The translations under genes and the position numbers were made by a program. DNA of 64,000 nt from Vicugna vicugna (Eukaryota), in contig MU057711.1 in NCBI GenBank assembly GCA_013265495.1, forward strand, positions 806,001-870,000. Direction: 5' to 3'. Each line of letters begins with the position of its first letter. Position 1 is the first letter of the stretch. The notes under the pieces were generated by a model. That model saw only the letters and a program-made list of their open reading frames with translations. It was not told where the DNA came from and searched no databases. Positions 49,937 through 63,670 of the stretch are shown in pieces.

Positions 49937-52276
49937 TTCTGTAATAAAAAACAAGTAAGAATAAAAGGAGGCAGGAGAAAAATAATTACAACTATAACTT
50001 GTTTTTTACAAATAATGTTTCCATGCCAGAAATATTTAAGTTTCATGCAAAATTTACCAGGAGCAAAAGAACAAAGGAAAATAGGGTTTTTAAAAATATA
50101 TCAATTACATAAAATATGCCTTTTGATTATTAGGAGCTGTACATTGGATAAAATCTCTTTTCAAAATGTTCCGGGGCACATTTAGAATTCCCTTTCTCTA
50201 AAAAATGTTAAAAATCATCCTTGGATGGACTACATGGAATAAATGCTAAAATAGAAACTGGACCATAAACAACTAAGAAACACTATGTAAGTAGCTTAAG
50301 TTCAGTGAAATCTGTTTTGACTGGACTTTCTCCTCCTTCTCTGTGTTTATTACCCCTACTCATTCTATTTCTTCCCCATTCTGAGTCAGCTGCTGATAGC
50401 CCCAGGGAGTTATATGTGATCCAAAGGATCACCAGGGTATTGACTTTGATTAGCTCCGAATGGTGAACAGGTATCTGCTCTAGGGGTACATCTGAGGGAT
50501 GGAAGGGGTTACAAGGGGAAAGGCCGACTGCCATCTCATCATCCAGCTCCATGAAATGTTAACACCAGCTAGACAGTGACCTTGTTTCCTAATGATCAGT
50601 GCCCCCTTCAAAAGTGAGGCAGTATAGAGGAGAAATGGCGGGCCATTTTTAAGTAAAAGTTTTGAGTCTCGTATTTAGAGAAAGTAAATCATTCTATTCT
50701 ACTTCCACTCCACAATATAAATCAGGTATACTTTGCAAAGGGGAAAGAGAATCAGGAAAAGACGATAAAGAATAAAGATCAAAAGCACCAGAGAGACTCA
50801 CGTAACACTGGGGAAAAGGGATAGTGTCAACAGGTAAAGAACTGCTTGTACCCTAGAGTTCACCAGTGTTGCTGAAGCATTCATCAGCACAGTAAAACAT
50901 TATTTAAGAAATAAATGTCATCTGCAAGAAATGTTCAACAAGGTTAACTAACTTGTCAGGCTGAATGAAAGTGAAAACAAGCAACTTCTCCCAGGAATCT
51001 ACCTTTGCTGGGATATAGTAGGTCACTGTCTAGCAGATGACAAAAGATCAGTCTATTGATGTCAAGAGTATATGCCCAAAAAACCATAAGCCATATTTCT
51101 ACAACTGAAATTTAACTCCTCAAATTTAATGTTTCCTCAATTATAATCATTATTCTATTGGAAAGAATTTAACTTTGAAAAAATAGTGCTGGTTATTAAT
51201 GTGCCCATGTAAATGCAATTTGGGTTCTATTACTCATAATTACTCAAGGATAGATACCTTAAATGGGGATTGAAGGTTTAAAAAAAAAAACCCCAAATCA
51301 GATCAATTCCACTGTCACTAAAGGAATATTCTAAAGTTCAAGGGAAAACAAAAGTATCACATAATTCTATCATAATGTGGCCCATCACATGGATTTAGGA
51401 CAACAGGAATCAATTCCCATCATCTGTATAACCCCGGTGTTCTTTCTAGTCCAACAAAAAGCACTACAAAGAAATTCTCCTGTAATCCTGTTTCTCCCTA
51501 AGGAGACTGACTGTGCATATGATGATCCATGCATTTAATTTTAGGTCAGTAGTAAAAACAATGGGCTTCCATTGTCAGAATGCCCTGAATGTGCGCTGTA
51601 TGCCTATTTCATGGTTCATTTTATGCTGCTCATTTAAGAGAGCAACATAATAAATGTGAAGTGGTTCCTTGGGTACAAAATGATTTTAGCCACCAATGCC
51701 TTTCAATTCACTAAACCAAAACAGCTAATCACATTGAGAGGCAACAAACTCAGCTTGTATTCAACCTAATATAACTAAGCAAGAAAAACATTATTGTTTA
51801 ATTTTTTGACCTAGCAAAATAGTTATACATTTATCAGATAGTTCAGGCCCATGTTACAATAAATATTTATTATTTTTCCAAACATTGTAGAAAGCACAAT
51901 TTAAATTCCTATTCAACGTGTGAAAACAAGTGAAATGTGGCTTGTATTTCTTGTGAATGGGAGAATTACAGGCTAGCAGCTGCTAAGAGCTCCCAGAGCT
52001 CTGAACGTCGAACCAAATTCCATCTTCAAACAGAAAAAGAATACGAACCACACAGCAGCCCTGCAGTAGGAACCAAGGGCTCAAGTGTCTGGACAACACT
52101 GCAGGAATCATGACATAACCTGAAGTTTTATTTAAACTGAGAAAAGTACAGCTTTCAAAAGAAACATCACTGCCAGCTCAGTTATGCTACAGCCATTCCC
52201 TGATCCATTCAGATTCCACTGGCTTACAACTTTCCCATTTCAGAGTTTAAGCAATCCAGTCTCTTAATAGCAATAC

Positions 52277-52367
52277 CTTTTCTTTTCCTTGTCCCAGAAG
52301 CTGGTAAACAAGTGAGCAAGACGCCCCTCCAGGAGTACAGAAAAGGTGAGGGAGACTTCCCGGTCAT
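52277..52367 (-). CDS. SIAH1: SIAH1 alternative upstream coding exon (long 313-aa isoform): MTGKSPSPFLYSWRGVLLTCLPASGTRKRK
   Basis: ATG at 52367, 91 nt to donor AAG|GTATTG; G+AA makes Glu in frame with MSRQ; closely matches the recalled human long-isoform N-terminus. Confidence 0.88.
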
Positions 52368-52450
52368 GAGAAGCTAGGCAGCTCATAGCCTCTCCCCCAG
52401 AAGCAAAGACAAAGTTGTAACAGAGGGCCCTCCTGGACACCTTCTGCCCC

Positions 52451-52472
52451 AAACATGTCCGGGGTCAAGTTT
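52451..52472. promoter_or_regulatory. Candidate p53 response element
   Basis: AAACATGTCC (perfect RRRCWWGYYY) + 2-nt spacer + GGTCAAGTTT (one mismatch). Confidence 0.55.
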
Positions 52473-52739
52473 TCAAGAAGGTAAGGCACTTGCCCTGCTC
52501 CATACACCCATCCACTCCTCAGAAGCAGGGGCTACCGAGGCACAGAAATTAAGCCCTTTCTCGTCCCGAGAGGAGTCGACCAAACCTCCCCGTGAGCTCA
52601 AATTCGCCTGCGTCTCCAAAAATGGGAGCCATCGCTGAGCTGTCTTCTGCTGGGCCCTAAACCTTCATCTGTCCGTCTTGGAAGTTTGTCTTCCCCAAAT
52701 TCATTGGCTAGGCTCAGGCCAGCTTGGTGAAGGACAGGG

Positions 52740-53100
52740 TTGGAGGGTGCGCGACGGCGACCGGACGAGGTGGTGCGGTCTCCGTGCCAGCTATGAAGCT
52801 ACTACTGCAGGTTCGGGTCCGCGAGGAGAGCCGTCTGGGGGCTGGGCCGCAGTGGGGAGAGCCTGCTCCAACCGGGACTGCCAGCGGTCCGCAGGCTCGA
52901 AGTGCTCAGGGCGGCGGCTGCGGCGGCTAGCGAGGGGCAGGGCCGCTGCGTGGGGGCGGGGTCTGAAGCTCCGCCCCAATCGGCCTGGGGCGGCTCCAAG
53001 GCACGCAGCGTGCAACTACCCACCTCTCCCCCCATCCCGGCAAAGCCCCACGATCCCCAGCGACGCTGTGCACGCCTCAGCATTTCCACCAGCTTACACG
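52740..53100 (-). promoter_or_regulatory. SIAH1: CpG-rich alternative (intronic) SIAH1 promoter
   Basis: High GC/CpG patch; GC boxes GGGGCGGGG ~52953-52961 and CCGCCC 52971-52976; CCAAT 52976-52980; lies upstream of the alternative coding exon. Confidence 0.75.
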
Positions 53101-56100
53101 TAGGTCAAAATGCCCTGTTTTTGTAAGGCCCAAACAGTCGGATATCGGCAATGTCGGATGGTTTCAACACAAGAGCTATACAGAATTTATGGGAAACACG
53201 TAGTCAGATAAGCACTCTCTGCACTATACTCTCACGGTTAACCCTGTGACCCCCTGATTTTTATAAAGCATTCTCCCTACTTCACTAACTATTCATCAGG
53301 CGTCAACTACCTTATTTCCTCAATTCTAACTCACTTCTCCATTCTTACCGCAGTCAGCACCTTATTTTAAACTCCCCTCTTCTCTCTTAGACAAGAATTC
53401 ACAGTGAGAGTAGTAAACAAACATAACCATATTACACTCCTACTTCAACCTCCAAATTGAGATTATATCCTCTGCCCACTCTGGGAAAGCCATCTTAAAC
53501 AGCCTCATTAAACAGAGTAGCTTGTTTTGTTTTTAAACAAGCATTATTACCCTTGCCCCAATAAAGTCCTGGGCCTCAGATTTGCATTGCGTCAGCTCAT
53601 GGATTCGGAGGTTTAACCTGTCATTACATCATGCTTATTTAGGGCAGCCTTTAAAGGCAGCAAGAGTTGGCAGTGGAGAGTGAACCCTGTGCAGTAAATT
53701 GCTGATTGCCCATTTTCAGCATAAAATTTTAACTCTAATCACTTCCCCACCCTATTATAGGGTGTTCAATCACCTCAACCTCATTTTGTATTAGGCTACA
53801 CAAAACATCATTAGGAATAGAAATATAATTGAAAATACAGTCTGTCCACTGACAAATATAAACTCCTATTACCTATGTTTTTATTTTCTAATACATATTC
53901 ATTCTAGATAGGTCTCAGGTTTCTAGAGCAGGACACTTCAAATGTTTTAGGCAGAAAACTTTCTAAACAGAATTAAGAGTCCAAATGTCTAAAACAAGTA
54001 AAAAGGATGACAGATTCCTCCAGTCAAAAAGATAAATATTTTTTTCTCAAACTTCCAAAGGACCTGTACAGAACCTTACAACACCATCTGAATACCATCA
54101 ATCTATGGATAAACCTCTCAACAAGTGATTCAGGACAGTAAAAGTGGAAGTGTTCTGGAGTCATCTACACTAGGATTCAAACCGAGTCTTCACCACCTGC
54201 TTAGCTGTAAAACTGGGACAGTATTTCCAGCCTTGCATGGCTTCCGTGTGGATTAAGGGAGATGGGTGGATTACATATATCATAGGTGGTACATACTCCA
54301 AATATGTGAATATTCACTTACATACTTCCAAAAGTTAACCTGCCTTGCCTGAGATCATCAACTAGTTAGAGACCACAGGACTTGCGGGTTCCAGCTATAT
54401 ATACTCTAAAAGATGCCTTTAGCTTATAAGGTCATCAAACATGTCTACCAAAGATCATCTGCCACTTAACTAATTTTTAGCACAATACAGTAGAATTTCT
54501 TGACTAGGTAGAATATTTAAACTGACTCTGCAACAAGGGAAAATTTCACAAAAACTACATTACACTAAAACAATTCCATAGAATCCAAAGTTAGCAAGAC
54601 TCCAAAATTTAGTAAGAGTGCACTATTACCTACCCTTTCTAAAGCCTACATCTCAAGCCCAGTTTGGTATAAAGCTTAAACAGATTTTAATCTAAATCAA
54701 AACATTTTAGAAGCCTTAATTTCAGAGCATTTAACCACATTAACAATCTTATGGTAGAAGTAAATGGATTTAAACTTTTATTCTCAATTTCATGTGGGAA
54801 ACTTTGTTTCCTATTATAAATGGCTGATGAAGAATTTCTCTGATGAATCATAACCTTACACCTGGCTATTCTAATGGATACACAACAATGTTGTGCTTTT
54901 CATTTTCTTGCACTTTACAAATGTTACTGTGGCCTACAAATTATGCCCCCATCAAGATGCCCACATCCTAACGCCTGCCTCTGGAAATGTTTATCTTACA
55001 GCAGCAACAGGAAGCTAATAGTTACCTATGAAAAACGTTTAAAAAGAAGAAATGTTCTCAGACAAGGAAAAAGGGTCACAATGTATTGTAGAACAAGTTA
55101 TAAACAGAACGTACATGAGTGTTTCTGGGGTAAGACTGTGAGAAATCAGGGAGACTACACACCAGAAAATAATCAACAAGTTAGTTATCTGAGTGGTAGG
55201 ATACTGGTAATTTTTAGCTATATTTCCTTCAAAGGGGACAATAAAGAAACTGCTTTATAAATATTAGTGGATTGAGAACTGTGAAAATTAGTCAAAATAA
55301 GAAGTAAAATTTGAATTCTTAATTTAGTAAAAAGATAAGATTCAAATATAGCTACCCCTCTTTTATTTCTCCAAAAATTATTCCTAGAAATGACATAATA
55401 TATATTATAAAAGTACAGGTTCAGATAAGAGACTTGCTCTCTGTATTAATAATCAATGGGTTAAATAAAACTCTTCTATTCAAAACATTTAAGGGCCTTC
55501 CTCTTTTCCTCAACTTTTCTCAGAAAAGGTGCTTTATACATTTGACACTGAGCTCTATTTTCCTGAAGATAATTCAGAAAATGCTGTAGCCACAGAATAA
55601 GAATTATGTGTCTAGTAAGAATGATGATCTGACGTGGGGAAAGCCCAGGACGAGACGTGATAGAAGGCCACTGTGAAAAACAGATGTCTGAACAAAGGTA
55701 GATGACAGTAAATGGAAAGAAAAATGAAAACCATAACTCAAATGTGTAAAAGCAAAATACATTTGCTTTTTCCTGCCTAAATTACTGTATTTTGATGCCT
55801 CTACATCTGATTTAAAAAAAAAAAGTATATACTTAATCAGAACCCATCAGGCACTATGCTAGGTACTTAACTATGATAAGGGATTAAATGTAAAGTAGGA
55901 GTGAGATGCCTGTGAGATGTCTAAAAGATGAAACTCATACGTTGCTGGTGCGAATGCAAAATAGTATCGCTGTCTCTTCATTACTGCAGAAAGTCCTATT
56001 GGACAGAACGATTCTATAGTCTAACTTTATTTTACTAGCTACTATCCTTATTTTTATTTCACATTCAATCTACATTAACATCAAGAATGAAAGTATTAAC

Positions 56101-57974
56101 ATCTCCCAAAACAAGGCAAGCCCTTTAACATGCTACTAGTGAAACTTTCCCTTTCCCACCTGCCAGGATAAAGACTGTACTAAACTTCAAAACTTTGTCA
56201 AAACAATCATTGAAACCTAAATGCAACCATTCTGGTTTCATTTTTCACTATTATACCGTAAGACAAATATCATTTTTCTTCCCTTTGAATCCCTAATTAT
56301 GATACATTTTTGGTATGGCTCTAGAGTCTCAAGAAAATGTTCAGAAAGGGCATACAAGTGCTTAAGTCTCAGTCTTATTAGCAATCTGAAGCTCTTGCAT
56401 AAATTGCACAAGCTTTGAATTCTAGTCACACCCTTTACCCCTAAGAACTATGTAAATTCTGCTGTCTTCTGACATGTAATGATACAGGTGAAAAATCTAA
56501 TGTCATTTTTTATTCTCATTCCTTTGCAGGTAACCTTTTCTACCCTGACAGGTGGCTTGTAGGACTTTTTCTTTACCTTTGGAAGAAATTTTCACCAGAA
56601 CATCTTAGATATATGCCATCAGCAGTCGCCAAACACCAGGTGAATATTTTCAATCCCAAGACTCAAGCCTTCTACTTTTGTCGACTTCTACTTGTTCTTT
56701 GACTCGATCTACTCAGTTTTCTTCACACAATTCTGATACTGACTCTCCTGGATCTATCTTCCAGTCACTTTACTCTTTTTCCTCATAATTCCAGTCTTTG
56801 TTTTGCACTGCATTCCAAGAGAACTCATCAAGTCCATAAATTTGGCTTTGCTAAAACTGATAATGCTATCACTTGATACGCTAAAACATTTAATTACACA
56901 GATACTCAATCTCCAACAAGGGAATGATTTTGATGGCAGGAACCGCTACTCCCCATTCCTTTTCCTGAAGTCAGAATGGCCACATAAATTCGGACTGTGC
57001 TGCTCTTGTCCTTCTTTAGCCCTTCTACATAAGTTTTCATGTTTAATTTTCACGTGCCTCATTGGCGCTTCATTGTTGGTTGGTAGTTTTATTCTTACTG
57101 ATATAATCTAAGTGGGTCCCAGGATCAGCAAGCCAAATACTGAGGCAGAGTAGGGACTTTCCATGGTTCTAAAACAGCTGCTTCAAATATTTATTAACAG
57201 GCATATATATGTCCCAGGTATTGTCTTCAATGGTTTACATATGCTCTAATTCGACCAACTCAATGAACTTCCAGGTTAAGCATTTACCCTTCGCCTTACA
57301 GATAAGAAAACAGATTTCAAAATAAATGCTTCAGATCACAGAACTAGTTGAAAAAAAAAAAAGAAGTTGGAGCTATCTGATCAAGGAAGACTTCGAAGGG
57401 GTGGCAAATGGCATCCTAGGCAAAGCAAACAGAGATGTATCTATCAAAATCTTCAGACTTGGAAAAGATCTTAACTCACTCTCTCATTTTCAGAAGAGAA
57501 AAATGATAGTGAAGTAATTTGCTAAGTGTCATATAAATTAGGTCAATGTTCAAACATAGGCAATATAATTTCCTAGATCTTTTTTAAAGCAGATATGCTT
57601 TAGATATTTTCTAATTCAATTTAAAAAATTAATGTTTTTGAAATTTAAGTCTAATAAGATTCAAAACAAACAAAAATGAAAATTTACATTGTCTTGCTTT
57701 CCCTCCCAACACAAGAGGGATCCCCAAAGTAGCCAGCAGAAATCAAAAAAGAAGAGAGATGAAACCTGGTTAAGTTCTGAACAAGTAAGAGTTAACTAAA
57801 GTCAGCTCCTCAGAGGGACCTTTCCTGATCACTCTATCTGAAGGCCAGATCACCCTTCTCACTCTGTCTTCATATTATCTCTTGCCATATGAAATTCTCT
57901 TGCTAAATAACTTCCTTATTGTCTATTTTCTCCCCTTCTCCCTCCCCACAGTACCAGCTTTTTACTGATAAGAG

Positions 57975-58640
57975 CAATTCTCAAACTTTTCTGGTATCAG
58001 GAACTCTTTACACCAATGGTTGGCAAACTACAGCTACATGCCACTTGCCTGTTTTTGTAAGCAGTTTTATTGGAACACAGTTAAGCCTATTCATTTACAT
58101 ATTATCTACAACTGTTTTCAAAGGTGGAGCTGAGAAGTTGACCCTGTGACTTCTAAGCCCTTTATACTTATCTGGCCATTTAAGAAAAAATTGCCTTTAC
58201 TACTTTAAAGTTTTAAAAAATTATTGAGGACCCCAAAATAGCATTTTATCAATGTGGTTTACATGTATTAATATTTACAATATTAGAAATTCAAGCCAAG
58301 AATGTTTAAAAGAATTGTTAAAATTACCATCACACTTTTTTACACAACATGTAAAAATCTACTACATATTAAATATTGATGAAAAACAACTTTTCCATAA
58401 TAGGGAGGAAAAGTGTTACATTTTTTGCAAATATTTTTAATATCTGACACAATAAAATACAGCTGGATATTCATTACCTGCTTCTGCAATTAACCTGTGA
58501 AGATATCACATGTCATGTAGCCTCTGGGAACCTCCACTTTACTTTCATGTCTCATTGTTGTGGAAAAAAGTTTTTAACCCTCAAAAGGTCTTGAGAACTC
58601 CCAGCCTCCCTGAATCATTCATACTTCTAGTTCAGAACCT
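57975..58640. mobile_element. hAT-Charlie-like DNA transposon remnant with nested MER58-like MITE (~58013-58195)
   Basis: Outer 'ttctcaaactttt...aaaattattgaggaccccaaa'; inner 'ggttggcaaacta...gcctgtttttgtaagcagttttattggaacacag'. Family names from recall. Confidence 0.55.
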
Positions 58641-58954
58641 CTGCACCACAATATAAACACTTCATGAGAATAGACCTTGTTTTGTTTTGCTCACTCTTTT
58701 ATATCCAGCACCTAGGACAGTACCCAGTCCAGACCAGGTACTCAAATATTTCTGGAAGGAATAAATAAATCAAATATAACAGTATGAAGGATTCCAAGTA
58801 GAAGAAATTCCAATGTATACAACCAGCATTCTCTCAGCCCCGATGACCCCTCAGGTAGAATATATCTGTTGCATGATATAACCTTAAAGAGGGTGAATTC
58901 ACAACTGAGATTTAAAATTCACTTTAAATAACACTATTTTAAAATAACACTATG

Positions 58955-60347
58955 CTGATTTTTGACAGAGGAGCAAAAGGCAATACAATGAATAACAGAG
59001 AGTCTTCAACAAATGGTGCTGGAACAGCTGGGTATCCACGTGCAGAAAAAAAGGAATCTAGACACAAATCTTACACTCTTTACAAAAACTAACTCAAATG
59101 GATCACAGACCTAAATGTAAAACATAAAACTATGAAACTCCTAGAAGGTAACACAGGAGAAAATCTAGATGGCCTAAGGTCTGGCAATGACCTTTCAGAA
59201 ACACCAAAGGCATGAATCAGGAAAGAAACAATTGATAAGCTGGACTTGATTAAAAGTAAAAATGTCTACTCTGCAAAAGATATGGTCAGGAGAATGAGAA
59301 GACAAACCACAGATTGGGAGAAAATATTTGCACAATACATTAGCTGATTAAGGACTGTTATCCAAATTATACAAAGAACTCTTAAGACTCAGTAAGAAAA
59401 CGAACATGCCAATTAAAAAATGGGCTAAAGACCTTAACAGACATCTCATCTCATCAGATTTACAGATGGCAAAGGAGCATATGAAAAGATGCTCCACATC
59501 ATTAGTCATCAGGGAAATGCAAATTAAAACAAAAATAAGATACCACCACACACCTATTAGAATGGCAAAACCCAGAGCACTGACAACAACATGCTGGTGG
59601 CCATGTGGAGCAACAGGAATTCTCATGCACTGCTGGTGGAATGCAAAATGGTACAGCCTCTTGGAAGGCAGCATGGCAGTTGATTACAAATACAAACTAA
59701 ACATATTCTTACCATAAGATTCAGCAATCATGCTCCTTGGTATTCACCCAAAGGAGCTGAAACCTTATGTCCACACAAAAACTTGCATAGATATTTACAA
59801 CTTTATTCATAATTGCCAAAACATGGTAGCAACCAACATGTCTTCTAGTAGTAAACAGATAAACTGTGGTACATTGATAGAGTGGAATTTAGTTCAGAGG
59901 TAAAAAGAAATGAGCTATCAAGCCACAACAAGATATTAAGGAGTCTTAAATACATACTGCTAAGTGAAAGAAGCCAATGTGAAAAGGCTACATACTATAT
60001 GATTACAACTATATAACATTCTGGAAAAGGCAAAGCTATGGAGGCAGCAAAAAAAATAATAATAAAAATAAAAAATCAGTTTGCCAGAGATTTGGTGGGG
60101 GCAGAGGATGAACAGGTGGAGCACAAAGGATTTTTAAGGCAGTGAACCACTGTATTCTGTATACTATAGTGATGGATATACATCATTATACATTTGTCAA
60201 TACTTATATAGCTCTCAGAGTGAACCAGTAGTGTAAACCATTGACTTGGGTGATAATGATGGGGCAGGATGAATATGGGAAATCTCCATCTTCTGTTCAA
60301 TTCTCCTGTGAATATAAAACTGCTCTAAAAAATAAAATCTATTTTAA
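58955..60347 (+). mobile_element. 5'-truncated L1 (L1MB/MC-like), ~1.4 kb, with 14-bp TSD
   Basis: ORF 59406-59717 'PIKKWAKDLNRH...HMKRCSTSLVIREMQIKTKIRYHHTPIRMA' is L1 ORF2; TSD AAAATAACACTATG at 58941-58954 and 60348-60361. Confidence 0.92.
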
Positions 60348-62439
60348 AAAATAACACTATGGTATGTGAAGTAAATCATTTTATCACCATAAACGCAATC
60401 TTAAAAAATTGGATGTATTTCCAAACCAATTCTCTAAGTTTTCAAAGCATTTGTTTGTGCTATCATAGTTCCATAAACCCATGCATTCCTAGACAGTAAT
60501 TTCATTTTTCAGTAAAGCACCACTGAGAATATACCTATACTAATTATTCTGATATTGGGCAAAACTACAGTATCCTGAGTCTCAAGTTTCCCACTCGTGG
60601 AACAACAAAACTATCAAGACCTTTGGACATTAACTGAGATCAAATACATGGGAACATTCGGTATATTATTAACAACATACTCACTTAGTGGTGTTTACAG
60701 AGCCATACTAGGAACCCTGCAGTGAATCACTAAATTAAAAGACCTAGGTTTTCGGGATTTTACTGTTGTTTTAACCTACTGTGTTCACTTTCATAACCTC
60801 AACTTGGGACTGTGTCTGAAATATGATAAAGATAACAGAGTTTGCTATTAAAGAAGCGATTCAACTGAGTACCCACCAACCTGTAAGGCACCATGTCAGC
60901 AGCTTCAATATACACTATTTAAGCCTCATAAAGAAGACTATGTCTCCATTTTGCAGATGAGTAAATTGAAGGTCAGAAAAATTAAGAAGTAATAAGAACA
61001 AAGCCAGACTGTCCACTTTGTCCCTAAATCTTATTTTCTTTCAAATAACAGTATGTATAATCTCAGTCTGACACAGAATATTCAATTTAGCATCCCAACA
61101 AAAAATCTTTTAAATTAAACTGATAGTCATAGCAAGCAGTTGCTTTTTGAAATTTTCTGTATCAAAAATGATAGATTCTGACAGTCATTAAACCCTTAGA
61201 CATTAAATCAAAGCAAAGAATCAAGAAGAGAGGTAAGAGGAGAGAAATAAGAAAGAGGGTCAAATAGGCTCTCAACCTTTTTATTCTCAACAGAATTTTT
61301 GGTAACACACTTGAAATTAGTGAAATCATGTCAGTCGTGATTACAACACAATCACTAATGCAATATAACCAAGACTCACAGTATCTAGATGAAAGCATTC
61401 AAATATTACTCACTTAGTTATTTGTGTCCAAGTTTCAACACAATTGTTTACTGTCCAGGCTTTGTTTTATATTCTCTCTAGAAGTAAAAGTGTCACACAT
61501 TCCAGTAGATCTTTGCTCTATCATGGCATTATGCTACGTTTTAAATCTTCCTCATAAAACATCTTGTACACTGTAACGTACAATCCATTCATCTCCACAT
61601 TCCACCGGACAAGTAATGGTAGGTAAATACACACATATATACAGAGAACAAACATTTAAAGTAGATCAAAATTGGTAGCAACCTATTAAGAGTTGGTGAT
61701 ACTAAGCTAAACAGAAAAGAGCACGCTGCTTGAGAGACAGAGAAAGAAATGAGGTTAAAAGTCACATCAGAGTCTTAATACATTATATAATTAAGGGTTC
61801 TTTACTACTAAAATAGCAGAAAAATAATAGAATGTATGGGGGGAAATGCCATATTAAATTCATGAAGCCTGATTCAAATTAAATTATATTCCCTTGAAAT
61901 AGTTACAATTTGTGTCTTCATAAGCTCACATCTGAAACTCTATTCTCAGTGGAGGGGGACATACTTCTCTACAAAAATTTAATGTTTTAACTTCCTGTGT
62001 TTAAAATAACCTAAAAAAACAGCATTAGCACATTCTGGATCATCTGAATCCACCTATTAGCCATAAGTGAATGCTCCTATTTGCACTTATGGTCACACTG
62101 GCTTCAAGTTGGTACCATAGTACTCAGTTACGGTAGATTAAAGAGAAAAATAGAGGGGGACCTAATATAAATGATGCATTTGTGACATGAAGCCCAATGA
62201 CATGGTTTTCACTGAAGCACTTATACACCGGTAAAAATATGCATCATGCGGTGGCCACAATATATGTGGGATAATTTTGGTATGTTCAACTCAAATAATA
62301 AAAAAAAAACCTACAGCAAAACAGTTGTTTCAAGACTTCAATTTAGAAGGCAGTATTCAATACTTTCATAAATTAATATAATTTAAATTTTACTGGTTTT
62401 GTAGTTTCATTTGTATTTAAATTTGCCAAGTTTTGAACT

Positions 62440-63670
62440 GTCACCAACATCTGACAGAGTTGATGGGTCACTGGCCTGGTCAACTCTGTTCACTGACTGC
62501 ACACTCTTGGTTTTCCTATTTTACCAGTTCCTCCTCAGCTCCTGCTCTTCTTCTCCAAACTCTTAAAACTGGGAATTGCCCATGGCCCACTTTTCTTCAC
62601 TTTGGTGATCTCACTCAGTCTTGTGGTTTTAAAATTCCATTGATACTGCCACAGATTTCTAAATTTTTATCTCCAGCCCAGATTAAAAAACAAACAAAAA
62701 CCCTCCGGATTTGTCTTAAACCCCAGATCTGTACACCCAACTCCCTCTAAGACATCACTATGAGGAGCAGGGGACGGGGGTGGGGCCCAAAACTGAACTC
62801 GTTTTCTTCTCCCAGACTACTCAGTCAGTAGCCTTCCCCTCATTTGATGGCAACTCCATCCTTCCAGTGACTCAGTTCAAAAGCCTTCAAGTCATCCTTG
62901 ATTTTTCTTTACACACCACTTATCTAAAACCACCAAGAAATCTTACTGTACATCCTTGAAAAATATATCCAGAATCCAACTACTCCTCACCACCCTCTAC
63001 TACCAGTATATAGTCTAAGCCACCATTATCTCTCAACTGAATTATTGCAATATCCTATCGAGTCTCCCTGCTTCCATCCTTGTCTCCCATCCCCACCCTC
63101 CAATACATTCTGAGCATAGCAATCAGAAAAATCCACTAAAACTTCCCATATCCGGGTAATAGATAAAATCCTACAACAGCCTAAAAGGCCCTACGCAAAA
63201 TGATGATGTGTCCCCATTATCCTGACTTCATCTCCCACTTCTTTCTCCCTCACTCACTGCACTAGCCTCCTTGTTCCATAAGGCTAGGTTGTTGCTTGGG
63301 GCCTCTGCCTTAAAATACTTTTTCTCCTGGATATCCACATGACTTTCACCTCCTTCTAACCTTTGCTTGTATGTTACCTTCTCATTGAGACCTACCTTGT
63401 TCCCTCTATTTAAAACAGTGACCAGTGCTCTGCCCACTGACCCCTCTTCCTAATCCTTACCCATTCCACCTCTCTTCCTCCATTTCTACTCTACTGTTGT
63501 CCATAAAATGTATTACCTTCTATCAGGCTACACAACTAACTTACTTATGTTTGCTGTTTTAGTCCCTCTCTATCTCCTGGAAGGTAGGAATCTGTCTGGC
63601 TCAATGATGTCTCCCAAACACTGAAAACAGTGCCTGACACATAGTACAGGCTCAAAAAATATTTGTTAGA
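62440..63670 (+). mobile_element. L2 LINE remnant (3' part)
   Basis: Pyrimidine-rich L2 text ('ggtgatctcactcagtcttgtggttttaaa', 'tggcaactccatccttccagtgactcag'), ending 'aacagtgcctgacacatagtacaggctcaaaaaatatttgtt'. Confidence 0.75.

Noticed and set aside
49937..49954. TTG-initiated MFFITE extension of SIAH1 in the ORF track
   Set aside because: It is mostly the intron acceptor tract; the true start is the ATG at 49936.
52678..53126. Several ORFs in the GC-rich patch
   Set aside because: Stop-codon depletion in a CpG-rich promoter; similar for the GC-rich patch at ~33950-34530.
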